From assembly GCF_001194135.2 (NCBI RefSeq), contig NC_068995.1, positions 18,857,331 through 18,903,961 of the forward strand: a DNA stretch of 46,631 nucleotides. Direction: 5' to 3'. Each line of letters opens with the position of its first letter. Within the stretch, counting starts at the first letter, position 1. Shown one piece after another: positions 13,445 through 26,411 of this stretch. This DNA is from Octopus bimaculoides (taxonomy: Eukaryota). Both the position numbers and the translations under genes were made by a program. The notes under the pieces are model-generated. The model saw only the letters and a program-made list of their open reading frames with translations. It did no database searches and was not told where the DNA came from.

Positions 13445-14140
13445 TCACCTATCACTTAACGCATGCGAATCCCAAACTAGCCAGTCAACTTAGAAAGAAA
13501 CCAGTTTGCCGTTCGCTTGTCATGCAATGGCTATCAATAAATCACAAAGGCAGACGTTTGATAAAGTGGTGTTGTTTTTGCCCGAACCTGTATTCGACCA
13601 TGGCCAGCTATATATTGCATTCTCAAGGGCTCGCAAATTATCTGATGTGTGAGTTAAAGATATCAACACTGACAGACAGGGGGAAAGAAGAGAGAGAACT
13701 TACACGAAGAACATAGTCTGCAAAGAAGTATTGGATTGAAAGGTGTACGGAAATTGAAATGTGCATTTTGTCTGATCCATCGCCTTAGCTTATAAGTTAC
13801 CAACGATGTGGCTTTCAGAGTATGCCATGTTGCATTAAATGTTTTAACCCCGTAAAATTGTGACCCCTATATTTCACAAATAAAATAACAATTTTTTTTA
13901 TTGCGAAATGTTCGTTTTCTAGATATGAAATTGTGACCATATAAATTTCAAAGCGTAATTTTTTCTACTTATGGGGAATATTTATTTTCTGAGTACTGTG
14001 TTCAGTGGATGAAAGATTAGCGACCATCTTTTGTTATAGACACAACGCAGGCTACACTTCCAGGCTGTTTAGATGAAGTGGTCATGAATAAGCCAATAGG
14101 TTCGCTAATAATTCCCTGAAACATTCACGGATGTGGCTAG
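13445..14140 (+). mobile_element. Helitron 3' fragment: PIF1-like helicase C-terminus, 3' UTR, hairpin and CTAG terminus
   Basis: NQFAVRLS/AMAINKSQRQTFDKVVLFLPEPVFDHGQLYIAFSR...TKNIVCKEVLD* (13481-13739) matches helicase motifs V and VI. Subterminal hairpin TCCCTGAA-ACA-TTCACGGA (14113-14131, 7/8 paired), then CTAG at 14137-14140 followed by T. Confidence 0.9.
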
Positions 14141-14295
14141 TAATAAATAATTATACGCAGTAACGAGAAATTACATAGTTTTCGTTCACGTGTGAAACAT
14201 TCCGGGTGTTTGCGCGTCAGTATGCATGAATATTTTGGATCTATCTATCTTTCTATCTATCTGCCTGTCACTGTCTGTCTGTATGTCTGTATGTC

Positions 14296-14297
14296 TG

Positions 14298-14357
<60 letters not shown>
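14296..14357. repeat. (TATC)n microsatellite
   Basis: Read directly from the sequence. Confidence 0.95.
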
Positions 14358-14359
<2 letters not shown>

Positions 14360-16443
14360 GAAATGCCTGTCTGTTTTTCTCTCTCTCAACTTATCTATTT
14401 ACCTGTCTATATATATATATATNNNNNNNNNNNNNNNNNNNNNNNNNNNNNNNNNNNNNNNNNNNNNNNNNNNNNNNNNNNNNNNNNNNNNNNNNNNNNN
14501 NNNNNNNNNNNNNNNNNNNNNNNNNNNNNNNNNNNNNNNNNNNNNNNNNNNNNNNNNNNNNNNNNNNNNNNNNNNNNNNNNNNNNNNNNNNNNNNNNNNN
14601 NNNNNNNNNNNNNNNNNNNNNNNNNNNNNNNNNNNNNNNNNNNNNNNNNNNNNNNNNNNNNNNNNNNNNNNNNNNNNNNNNNNNNNNNNNNNNNNNNNNN
14701 NNNNNNNNNNNNNNNNNNNNNNNNNNNNNNNNNNNNNNNNNNNNNNNNNNNNNNNNNNNNNNNNNNNNNNNNNNNNNNNNNNNNNNNNNNNNNNNNNNNN
14801 NNNNNNNNNNNNNNNNNNNNNNNNNNNNNNNNNNNNNNNNNNNNNNNNNNNNNNNNNNNNNNNNNNNNNNNNNNNNNNNNNNNNNNNNNNNNNNNNNNNN
14901 NNNNNNNNNNNNNNNNNNNNNNNNNNNNNNNNNNNNNNNNNNNNNNNNNNNNNNNNNNNNNNNNNNNNNNNATATATATATATATATATATACACACACA
15001 AATGTATCTATATATATCTGTCCACCTATCTTTCTATTACTTGTTTCAATGTATACATGCATAAATACATATACATACATACATACACTCCCACATTAGC
15101 CAATCGCAGCAACCATCTCCAACACGTTAACACACAAGCTAGGGTTGTCATGCAATGTATAACACAACTAAATATATCAGACATTGGATATAAACTGGAA
15201 CAACACAAAAGAACTGGAACATCCAAGTATGAAGACTGTGTTCCCCTGCGACATGAAAACGAACTAAAGAACATTCAATATACACATTCTCCGAGACATT
15301 TATCAAATATCTTGTTTATTCCATGTCAGTTTCGTATCGGCGTTTTCCCTTACGTTTATATCATCGTTACGTTTTGCTCTACTACACACCAGCAATGATA
15401 CTCTTGAAATCTGTTTCAAACCAGCAACGTGTTCGAAAATTTACTGCTGTCAATTGGCTAACGTATTCTTTGAGGTTGGGTTTAGATAATTCATATCGTT
15501 CGTCTGCCTGTCTGTAGATTTATCTCATACTTAGAAAACCGAGAAAATAATTTGGAGAGATAAATGAATATGTTTATGTCATTTAATACATGCAAGGTAT
15601 CAATATTTATATTAAATGGTGATAAGAAGATATGTATGTGTTTATGTGTGCGCATGGTCATGTGTATATCTATAAATATATACACACATACATATAGAAA
15701 GATACGTGGGATGATAGATAGATCGATAGATATAAACTTATGTACAGATTTGCATATATGAAAAAATACTTGGATATAGATGGATATATATATATATAGA
15801 TAGATAGAGATATAAACATATGCCCATGTATAAACGCACATTTATACACACTTAGATGTGTACATGCCATCGTCTCTGCTAATAAGTTTCATGGCTGGGA
15901 TTGGCGAGCAAATTCAGAAAAATAACGTCTTTATAAATAAATGTGTATATTGAAATCAAATAATTTCCGGTTAAAAAAAGAAAACATACGTTCATAAGAA
16001 CATTAATATGTGACAGTTAACAACATTGTATATATTTTTTCTCTATACGCATTTATTCTCATCACTCTTGGTATATTTCTTAATAAATCCTGGCCATCGA
16101 ACATATAGATAATTTTACATCTCTGATGGTTTACGCTTTTCATAAACAAGATACATTGTTTGCTCCTGTGAAAATTGAGATGGAAAGCAAGCGAATCTGA
16201 ATGAGTCTGAAGAAAGATAAAATTAGTTGTCAGATTCCGCACTTTCATCTGTCGCAGATCCTGTGATTTATTCACAGTTTATATTCTCTGTACGCGACTA
16301 AATATATATTTAACATATTACAGATATATGTGCTTGTACGTACGTATGTATGTTTATATGTATGTGTACCTTTATATATTCACATACAAACATATATATC
16401 ACGTATTTCCCTCTATATATGCATATATGTATGTATATATAGG

Positions 16444-16545
<102 letters not shown>

Positions 16546-17245
16546 TATGAATGCATATATACGTATATATATGAATATATATATATATACATATATATAA
16601 ATATTAATATANNNNNNNNNNNNNNNNNNNNNNNNNNNNNNNNNNNNNNNNNNNNNNNNNNNNNNNNNNNNNNNNNNNNNNNNNNNNNNNNNNNNNNNNN
16701 NNNNNNNNNNNNNNNNNNNNNNNNNNNNNNNNNNNNNNNNNNNNNNNNNNNNNNNNNNNNNNNNNNNNNNNNNNNNNNNNNNNNNNNNNNNNNNNNNNNN
16801 NNNNNNNNNNNNNNNNNNNNNNNNNNNNNNNNNNNNNNNNNNNNNNNNNNNNNNNNNNNNNNNNNNNNNNNNNNNNNNNNNNNNNNNNNNNNNNNNNNNN
16901 NNNNNNNNNNNNNNNNNNNNNNNNNNNNNNNNNNNNNNNNNNNNNNNNNNNNNNNNNNNNNNNNNNNNNNNNNNNNNNNNNNNNNNNNNNNNNNNNNNNN
17001 NNNNNNNNNNNNNNNNNNNNNNNNNNNNNNNNNNNNNNNNNNNNNNNNNNNNNNNNNNNNNNNNNNNNNNNNNNNNNNNNNNNNNNNNNNNNNNNNNNNN
17101 NNNNNNNNNNNNNNNNNNNNNNNNNNNNNNNNNNNNNNNNNNNNNNNNNNNNNNNNNNNNNNNNNNNNNNNNNNNNNNNNNNNNNNNNNNNNNNNNNNNN
17201 NNNNNNNNNNNNNNNNNNNNNNNNNNNNNNNNNNNNNNNNNNNNN

Positions 17246-17286
<41 letters not shown>

Positions 17287-18432
17287 ATATGTAAATGTAA
17301 ATATGTATATATATGTATGTATGTATATATCTTGTATGAAGCGTGAATTATTATGGTATAGATGGCCCTGTTAAACATAGTATAAAATGTCAACTCGCAG
17401 TATAACTTCTTAAAAACACAAAGCCGTATATCACAACATAAAACTTGGTATAAAATTAGAAAGAATAATCATGCCCCGAACAATCGTTGATGATACATCT
17501 GTTCTAACAGTGAGGTCTTTGGTGATGAAAAATCTTCTGAAAATTGAAGCAATGTCAGAAATAAATTTTCTTCTTGTTTTGTTTTTATTATATGCACTTC
17601 GTTTTATCACATGTATGTTGAAATTCAAATATATTTTAAAGACGTACGGTGATGATTCATCTAGGAAATATTTCTGATTAATTTTCCTACTTTATTTAAC
17701 AATTTACATGACAAATTTTCACTCGTGACATATTATATAGGAGAAATAGAATTAGATTCTGTCATTTAAAATAGAATTAGATAGTGCACTTCACTTAAAA
17801 TAGTTTACATTTAAAAATACAAACTTCGAAATCTGATGTAGGTTGATAAATTTATGAATAATGTAGAAGAAATGATAACAATTTAATAACAAACGAATAC
17901 TGCTGTACAACGTACACGTTTCTTTCCATTTAGTGTGTACCACAATGCGCAGATTATAAATGATCCTACACATATTATCGTATCTATAAACACATACTAG
18001 TATCAATAATACACGCACCCATAAATACACGTATACATTTATAAGCATGTGTGCGGGGGGAGGGGTATATATATGTGTTTGTTTGTGTGTGTTGTGTGTG
18101 TTTATATTGCAGTTCTGATCAGCATACGTTATATATTCCTTTCGCTGTCAGTCATCTTCAGGCACACAGACAAAGAAGCACTCAAGAGGGCAATCACAAA
18201 CTTACACGTCACATCGTCTTGTCCTTTCTCTCTTATTCTGCTTCTCTCTGCCATTCCATTCCTCTCTCGTTCTCTTTATTGTTCAAATTCCTTCCTGTTC
18301 ATACTCTCACTCATTCACGCAAATCGCCTTTACCTTTCGTGGTCCTTCATCAATAATACATATATAGTGCCATTCACATACTCATGCTAACTGTAGTATG
18401 CTTATTACCATCTATGTATCGTAATATACGAT

Positions 18433-18797
18433 GGAGGCGCAATGGCCCAGTGGTTAGGGCAGCGGACTCGTGGTCATAGGATCGCGGTTTCGATTCCCAG
18501 ACCGGGCGTTGTGAGTGTTTACTGAGCGAAAACACCTAAAAGCACCACGAGGCTCCAGCAGGGGATGGTGGCGAACCCTGCTGTACTCTTTCACCACAAG
18601 TTTCTCTCACTCTTACTTCCTGTTCCTGTTGTGCCCGTAATTAAAAGGGTCAGCTGAATATCCCCGAGAACTACGTTAAAGGTTCACGTGTCTGTGGAGT
18701 GCTCAGCCACTTGCACGTTAATTTCACTAGCAGGCTGTTCCGCTGATCGGATCAACAGGAACACCCGACGTCGTAAGCGATGGAGTGCCTACAACAT
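18433..18797 (+). mobile_element. tRNA-derived SINE, family C, near full length
   Basis: Head GGAGGCGCAATGGCCCAGTGGTTAGGGCAGCGGACTCG...GGTTTCGATTCCCAGACCGGGCG with Pol III A box (18443-18453) and B box (18486-18497), followed by about 290 bp of non-tRNA body ending in ACAACA. Confidence 0.85.
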
Positions 18798-18871
18798 CGT
18801 AATAAACGAAAATATATTTATGTATCTACATAAATACATGGGTGTGTGAGTGTGTGCGTGTTTGTGTGTGT

Positions 18872-18965
18872 GAATTAGCACTGTTGTTCTGAAGTAGATT
18901 TTCGGATTCAGTATACTTTTAGTTCAGATCTCGCTGAGTTCTCGTATGCCTTTCATTACGTTCTT
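18872..18965 (+). mobile_element. Degenerate SINE family B fragment
   Basis: TTAGCAC...TAGTTCAGATCTCGCTGAGTTCTCGTATGCCTTTCAT aligns loosely with the copies at 39791 and 40273. Confidence 0.45.
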
Positions 18966-20264
18966 AATGACGGTCAGTAAGATGAAGAGCCAGTCAAGAG
19001 ATGGCGCCTTTATAATTAATAATTTCTCTTCCATTAATTTCAGTCCCAATGCTTATATTCGAGTCAACAGTTTGGATTATTATATCTAATCTTGTGGCCG
19101 TTAACAAATATGATTTTGTGACGCAAGGGAACGTTTGAAACTATAATTTGTATTTTTATTGTGATTGACAGGTAAAATTATTGAAACAATTCCTATAGAA
19201 AATTAGACAAGTTCAAAATGTTAATTGACACCAAACACAGAATGCTATTGCAATCTTCATTTATACATCGTATTTAAAAATAATAAACTTGTAAAAAAAA
19301 TAAAGGATATGTCTTAGTAATGATCTCATAAGCCCCAAATCATATTTAATAAACGAAAGTGTGCGATGTTCCCAAATATCCCTTGCACAGTGTAGTTCAT
19401 AAGAATTCCATGAGATTATACATATTCACATTTGAAAGTTAGGTTTACATAAATTTTGTTGAATATAAACAACTTCATTATTCTCCTTTGCATATATAAA
19501 TTAAGTTCTTCCGAAAATCATTGTTTCCTACTATATCTTAAAATTTATTGAACATTTTTATATCGAATAGAATTTATGCTACATATATCACATTACTCAT
19601 CCTGAAATATCTTAAATACAGAGCATATATATATATATATATCCTTTTAAAACGTAAACTCATTCTCATAGGTTTGATTTTTTTCATACCCAATAACACC
19701 AACAATTAAAACATTTATATATTATCAGTATTGATGCCCTGTTAATGAAATTATATCGTTACATAGTCATTCAAACAATGGAAAGTATGTTTCCTCTCAT
19801 ATCTAAAACGTGATTTTAATTTCTGGAATATTATCTCCATATTTAATCTGTTCAGTTTCTACGACTGCATTAAATATAACTACATAGTTATTCCGTTCCT
19901 TTTTTAAAAATTTTAATTCACGTTCAATAATTCCCATAAACTATTGAAGATTATACCATGAATTATGAGCAAAAGTATTGCTTATCTTATTCAATATATG
20001 ATATTAAGTTCATTTAAGAATTTGAGAATCCCACTTTTTTTTTGTAGAATATTAGTTGCGACATAAACTGATATTTGTAATATAACTAACAATGATCTAA
20101 CTAATATGTAATATAACTCGCAAGTTGGTTTTCAATAATTTTCATATGCATATTCCGCATGAATGTGTATTTTTTTCAAATTCTGCATCAATGTGCTATT
20201 AATTCTTTTCTAAATATCTTCCTTTGCGTAATTCATAGATATGTGATGTGTATGTATTTGAGTC

Positions 20265-20304
<40 letters not shown>

Positions 20305-21334
20305 TGCGTGCGTGAGTGTGTGTGTGTGTGTGCGTCCGTGCGTGAGTGTGCGTGCGTGAGTGTGCGTGTGTGTGATTCTCTATGTAAGTTCGTGTGTCGG
20401 TTTTGGAGATGAGGATTCATTTCTTCGATCGAATGCATTGCGAATTCCTAAATAAACATTCCGCAGACAACTGTACGTTAACATAATTTTCCAAAAAAAT
20501 AATAATAAAAAAAGAATTCGGCCTGGCACAATTATTACATTTGAATGACATGTATAATCCATCCGTCACTTTTCTATACAGTTTCTGCCAACCCAATTTT
20601 CGTGGGCTGGAACGATGTAACGGAAAATGTTATTTATCAAACAAATGTTTATGAATTTTCTCTGCGTGTCTGTATACGTACATCAAAATACGTCACCATT
20701 GTATATAACAATTACCTATATTATTTTCATAAAAAATATAAGTATAGAATATTTTGATTATTTACGAGGATAGATGACATGTTATTTGAACATTTCTATT
20801 TTCCATTTTTTCTTTCGGTGAACTAGTGTAAATTTGCATGACTGGTTCACATCTCAGTTGATTCGTGTGTTAGTTTTGAAATTTCCCTTTCAGAAAATTC
20901 GCTTCCACTATGCGTAATGCGTGTCAGTATACATGTGAGTGTCTGCGTGTTGAGCATATATTCATGGCCATGAACTTTGGTTTGGTGACGTTGAGTCAGT
21001 ATCGTTCTGCTGTAAACACTCTAGCAAACATTACGTTAGTGTTTCATATTTATTGAAACTGTTTTGTCTGTTGTAGTCGCTATTGTTGATGAGTATTCAT
21101 TTTCCTGTTTATGATAGCCAGCTTGATGACAAGTCTTATTGAACTGTGGGTAATGGATTACTTGTGATTGATGTTCGTTGTTACACTAGCTCACCTAAGC
21201 TATTAACATTCCGATCTGTTTCTACGCACACATCGCTGCAACGATGTCATAAAAAATATACATACTAGAAATGATCAGACATTTCGATGTATATACTAAT
21301 AGACTACATCTAACTTTCTCAGATATCGATCCTC

Positions 21335-21345
21335 ATTATTATTAC

Positions 21346-21415
<70 letters not shown>
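21335..21415. repeat. (TTA)n microsatellite
   Basis: Read directly from the sequence. Confidence 0.97.
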
Positions 21416-21434
21416 TTATTTTTCTTTTATTATT

Positions 21435-21790
21435 ATTACCTCCGCCTTTGCTAAGGCGGAGGTATTATTTTCTGTCGTGTTTGTCTGTTTGCCCGTGGAC
21501 AAGATATCTCAAGAACTGCTGAATAGATTCGAATGATATTTTCAGGGATGTTTAGCCTCGTGACTGGCACACACTGATTACATTTTGGGATCTGCACAAG
21601 GACTCTGGATTATTTTTCCAGATTTTTACTTAACTTTTGAGAACGGTAGGGTTCATTTTTAGTATTCTCATTTGTGAGAGCAGTCCAGTTTATTTCGGAT
21701 ATTCTTATTTTAAAAATGATCTCTGGCTAATCAAAGAGCGGACGTTGGTGTTGCTTTAGCGGAAGTTTGCGCTCCCTGAGTTCTCTTGTT
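21435..21790 (+). mobile_element. DINE-1/HINE-like (Helentron-associated) non-autonomous element
   Basis: 5' 12-bp-stem hairpin TACCTCCGCCTT-TGCT-AAGGCGGAGGTA (21437-21464), then a TGTTTGTCTGTTT tract, and a degenerate 3' copy of the subterminal repeat TTGCTTTAGCGGAAGT followed by TTGCGCTCCCTGAGTTCTCTTGTT. T-rich on both flanks. Confidence 0.65.
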
Positions 21791-21791
21791 A

Positions 21792-21837
<46 letters not shown>
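21789..21837. repeat. (TTA)n microsatellite
   Basis: Read directly from the sequence. Confidence 0.97.
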
Positions 21838-21838
<1 letters not shown>

Positions 21839-21839
21839 G

Positions 21840-21960
21840 TTGTTGATTTCTCAGTTCGCTCTGTCAAGTTTGTTCTGGTAGACTCTGTGAAAGTAGAGAA
21901 CAGCCTGCTATCAGAAGCCTCGCACGGTCTCTTTCCGCATATTATAAGCTTTGATACTTA
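21840..21960 (-). mobile_element. Possible second R4/Dong fragment (zinc-knuckle region)
   Basis: Frameshifted minus-strand reads RKETV / LIAGCSLLSQSL / YQNKLDRA resemble ETV.H..SGC..L....Y..RHD. Abuts (AAT)n on this strand. Short and weak. Confidence 0.28.
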
Positions 21961-22084
21961 GTTGTTAATTATCCTGCGGAACATTCAATATCCAAGTACC
22001 AATCTCAAGATCCTAGCTGTCCACAGCAGAGCAGTTATTTGAGGCTCGCTCTGCTCTCGTGTCAATTCCTATTATTATCATTGT

Positions 22085-22101
22085 TACTACTACTACTACT
22101 G

Positions 22102-22169
<68 letters not shown>
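22085..22169. repeat. (CTA)n microsatellite
   Basis: Read directly from the sequence. Confidence 0.97.
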
Positions 22170-22171
<2 letters not shown>

Positions 22172-22232
22172 AAACTTATTTTGCTGCATATGTTGCTAAG
22201 TGGCAGCTGTCCACACCCAGCAGACTAAGGTG

Positions 22233-23280
22233 ACACTTGTTAACTGATCAAGACGGCATAATATTAGACGGCATTGTTAGGTTGTGGATTGACAGACCAG
22301 GAAAAGTCTTGGTGCCTGGCTCGGTCCCTTCTCCAGATTGGTCAGAAATGAAACAAGGTGAGGAACAAGGTTACCATTCTTACATAGAAATGGTAGAGAA
22401 GAAGCTATCCCTGAAAGGGCATATACTATGGCCGAATACCTCTATCACCTCCGTTATTATTTATTACCTGACCGTCGTATATTCCCCAGGACATCTTGAT
22501 TAGTATGGAAGTCTGTTGCTTGCCCTGTAGAAGAGAAGCGTTCCAATTATCAGGCGGCCAGACTACTGCCAGCAACGCTATGTGGCGGCTGAAGAAGCCG
22601 TAACTGCTGATACGCTGAAGTTATGGCTTCTGCAACGATTTCTATATGGTGAATATGTGTCGGCTCCGTTCTTGTAGTATGTCATTCTCCAGTTCTCCTC
22701 CTCAAAGGAACTGCAATTTTGGGTGTTAGAAATCCACGATTGTTGTTGGTATCATTATAGAAATACATAGAAGTTTAATAGCAGGGAAATGTGACAGCAT
22801 TCTCGGGGAGTCACAGGGCATCGATAAAAACGAGCTGACTAGTCAGTTCCAGAATATTTTTTAGGTTGGAAACTCTATAGATGATTCTCAGAAATCCTTG
22901 TTCTGGCAATGTAAACGCGGGGCGCTAGCGGTTCGAGATGAACTGTGCAGGCCCGGATGTGCTGTCAGACGCTGCGGTTTAAGATGCACGCAGAGCGACG
23001 AAGCTGTTCTGCTTGCATTCTTTCAGTGTCCGGGTATTGCTGACGTTTAGAATTATGTAGGACAGCTCCTGTAGCGTCTTTCAGTTTCGTCTACAGTGAA
23101 GATGACCCCACTATTCGCATTTCAATGGGCAGGTACTCAGGTTTCCATTTTCCAGTGGTTTTGCGATAGATGTTAAGCGGCTGAAATGTATGAGTTCCGA
23201 GATAGTAAACTTTGATAAATAAACCTGTCAACGGGGATCTCCCTAAGACTAGCATATTGAGGATTCTTCACTTTAATGAA
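22233..23280 (+). mobile_element. L1/Tx1-clade LINE ORF2 3' fragment, heavily decayed
   Basis: WIDRPGKVL...EKKLSLKGHILWPNTSITSVIIYYLTVV...KRSVPIIRR...SLFWQCKRGALAVRDELCRPGCAVRRCGLRCTQSDEAVLLAFFQCPGI. The DNA at 22918-23080 aligns with the reverse complement of about 37480-37640. Confidence 0.82.
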
Positions 23281-23289
23281 GACCATCTG

Positions 23290-23530
23290 CAGAGAAGGCC
23301 TTGATATGCTACTAGTACATTCAGTACAATTCCTACGTAGACATCTATCAACGAGGTGGTCATGCGCAGAACAACAGCACTACATACTACGGAACTGCCC
23401 TATACGTGGTATACCAGATTTGGCGCTCCAAATGCAACAACTACCAAATCGGTGTCGCAGTTCGACCACTCCAAGTGAGAATGAAGGAACACCTACTACC
23501 GAAGCGTCTTATTTCGCAGACACTTAGCCA
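23290..23530 (+). mobile_element. Penelope-like element GIY-YIG endonuclease fragment
   Basis: LYVVYQIWRSKCNNYQIGVAVRPLQVRMKEHL (about 23400-23495) fits the PLE pattern VVY.I.C..C...YIG.T.R.L..R.KEH. Confidence 0.72.
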
Positions 23531-24415
23531 GATGAGGCAAACCACCAATTCTAGCCACATATGTATGTGTGTGTATATATATATATATATATATAAATGA
23601 GCAACTGTAAAGGTGCCTGAATTTAAGTACCTAATGAGACTTAATCTCATATATATNNNNNNNNNNNNNNNNNNNNNNNNNNNNNNNNNNNNNNNNNNNN
23701 NNNNNNNNNNNNNNNNNNNNNNNNNNNNNNNNNNNNNNNNNNNNNNNNNNNNNNNNNNNNNNNNNNNNNNNNNNNNNNNNNNNNNNNNNNNNNNNNNNNN
23801 NNNNNNNNNNNNNNNNNNNNNNNNNNNNNNNNNNNNNNNNNNNNNNNNNNNNNNNNNNNNNNNNNNNNNNNNNNNNNNNNNNNNNNNNNNNNNNNNNNNN
23901 NNNNNNNNNNNNNNNNNNNNNNNNNNNNNNNNNNNNNNNNNNNNNNNNNNNNNNNNNNNNNNNNNNNNNNNNNNNNNNNNNNNNNNNNNNNNNNNNNNNN
24001 NNNNNNNNNNNNNNNNNNNNNNNNNNNNNNNNNNNNNNNNNNNNNNNNNNNNNNNNNNNNNNNNNNNNNNNNNNNNNNNNNNNNNNNNNNNNNNNNNNNN
24101 NNNNNNNNNNNNNNNNNNNNNNNNNNNNNNNNNNNNNNNNNNNNNNNNNNNNNNNNNNNNNNNNNNNNNNNNNNNNNNNNNNNNNNNNNNNNNNNNNNNN
24201 NNNNNNNNNNNNNNNNNNNNNNNNNNNNNNNNNNNNNNNNNNNNNNNNNNNNNNNNNNNNNNNNNNNNNNNNNNNNNNNNNNNNNNNNNNNNNNNNNNNN
24301 NNNNNNNNNNNNNNNNNNNNNNNNNNNNNNNNNNNNNNNNNNNNNNNNNNNNNNNNNNNNNNNNNNNNNNNNNNNNNNNNNNNNNNNNNNNNNNNNNNNN
24401 NNNNNNNNNNNNNNN

Positions 24416-24446
<31 letters not shown>

Positions 24447-24894
24447 AAGAGCACAATTCTGTTGACGTTCAAAAGTCACTAGAGCTGTGTTAGCACCATT
24501 TTAATCATGCATTCTTAGATTAGATCTGAGCAAAATCTCGTCATAATGAGGTAGATTTTAAACACATAAACACGTAACCTGGAAACAAAATATGACCACT
24601 TTACCAAGTACGATTGTGAAATAAGTTTCGTCAGGAAATTTGGTGAACAATTTATATGACTGAGTGAAATCCTTCTACATCCCAATAGAAGATTCCACAA
24701 GAATTAGAAGTCGCATCCCCGAAGAAATTCATATAAGTACATTAAACGATTTTCAATTGCACAACGTCTATTCAGAAATAAAGTATGCATATAACCATGT
24801 AGTTTTGAGTACATAAATATGCGCATGTGTATGTATATCAAATGAAAGTGTGTGTTTGTGTTCGATACATATGCAACTACAGAGTGCCTCTGTA

Positions 24895-25069
24895 GGCGCA
24901 GAAGTGGCTGTGTAGTAAGTAGCTTGTTTCCAACCACAGTGTTCCGGGATCCGTCTCTATGCGTAGTACCTTTGGCAAGTGTCTTCTACTAAAGCCTCGG
25001 GCCGACCAAAGCTTTGTGAGTGGAGTTAGCAGACGGAAACTGGAAAAAGTCCGTCGTATATATATGGGT

Positions 25070-25113
<44 letters not shown>
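24895..25113 (+). mobile_element. SINE family A, 5' half (cut by assembly gap)
   Basis: GGCGCAGAAGTGGCTGTGTAGTAAGTAGCTTG...CTTTGGCAAGTGTCTTCTACTAAAGCCTCGGGCCGACCAAAGC...GACGGAAACTG followed by (TG)n. Confidence 0.88.
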
Positions 25114-26373
25114 NNNNNNNNNNNNNNNNNNNNNNNNNNNNNNNNNNNNNNNNNNNNNNNNNNNNNNNNNNNNNNNNNNNNNNNNNNNNNNNNNNNNNNN
25201 NNNNNNNNNNNNNNNNNNNNNNNNNNNNNNNNNNNNNNNNNNNNNNNNNNNNNNNNNNNNNNNNNNNNNNNNNNNNNNNNNNNNNNNNNNNNNNNNNNNN
25301 NNNNNNNNNNNNNNNNNNNNNNNNNNNNNNNNNNNNNNNNNNNNNNNNNNNNNNNNNNNNNNNNNNNNNNNNNNNNNNNNNNNNNNNNNNNNNNNNNNNN
25401 NNNNNNNNNNNNNNNNNNNNNNNNNNNNNNNNNNNNNNNNNNNNNNNNNNNNNNNNNNNNNNNNNNNNNNNNNNNNNNNNNNNNNNNNNNNNNNNNNNNN
25501 NNNNNNNNNNNNNNNNNNNNNNNNNNNNNNNNNNNNNNNNNNNNNNNNNNNNNNNNNNNNNNNNNNNNGTTTCTATAATTTAACATGGATAGATATATTA
25601 TCTATACACATTTTCTGCATGTACATATAGTGTGGGTGTGAAATGAAACTCAACCATATAGCTTTGCACCAATATTGACGTGTCATAACACTACTCTTTC
25701 GTTCGTTAATATTCTGAAAAATGGTCACATAGTGTGCTAAAATATATTTGATCATGTATGTCCGTGTGTCCTGATCAACGTATCTTCGTAAATGTATACA
25801 CACAAACACACGGACGCGCACGCACACGCGCACACACATATACATATATACACACACTCACATACACTCATACATATATAGGCAAAATATATGGTAATGT
25901 TTCGACGTATACACGCGCTGAATATAAAGTAAAATCTGTCAAAGCCTTATGGTCTGTTTATCAAATATTTCATTTGATCAGTAGGTATGAAATGAAGAAA
26001 GAGTAACACGGATTTTTGCATAGGATTATGTATCACATTAATATCTAACAGCACATACACAAAAAAAAAATGGCTGAATGTCAAAACTGAATTCATATAT
26101 CAGAGTTAGCTATTGATATATGATACGTTTTTATCAAAGACTTCATGTGACTTTTTGATGGGTAAATATAGCGGCTGAATATTTCTTTGAGGTAATGAAT
26201 TATAAAAAAAAAATAAAGACTTGTTGATACGAGAAAGAATTTAGTTGTTTATAATTATTTTTTATGCCAAAACTGCCAAAACAGAAGCAAAGAAACTGAA
26301 TAATGAAAACACTCCCAGACACAGATATACGTAGAAGTATGTTATGAGGCTTTGTATGTGTGTATGTGTGTGT

Positions 26374-26411
<38 letters not shown>

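Noticed and set aside
18433-18510. tRNA gene
   Set aside because: A and B boxes are present, but the sequence continues into a 290-bp repeat body and I could not fold a complete cloverleaf; it is a SINE head.
22586-22615. CTGAAGA-AGC...GCT-GATA hammerhead-like string
   Set aside because: GATA instead of GAAA, no stem I, and it lies inside L1 coding sequence.
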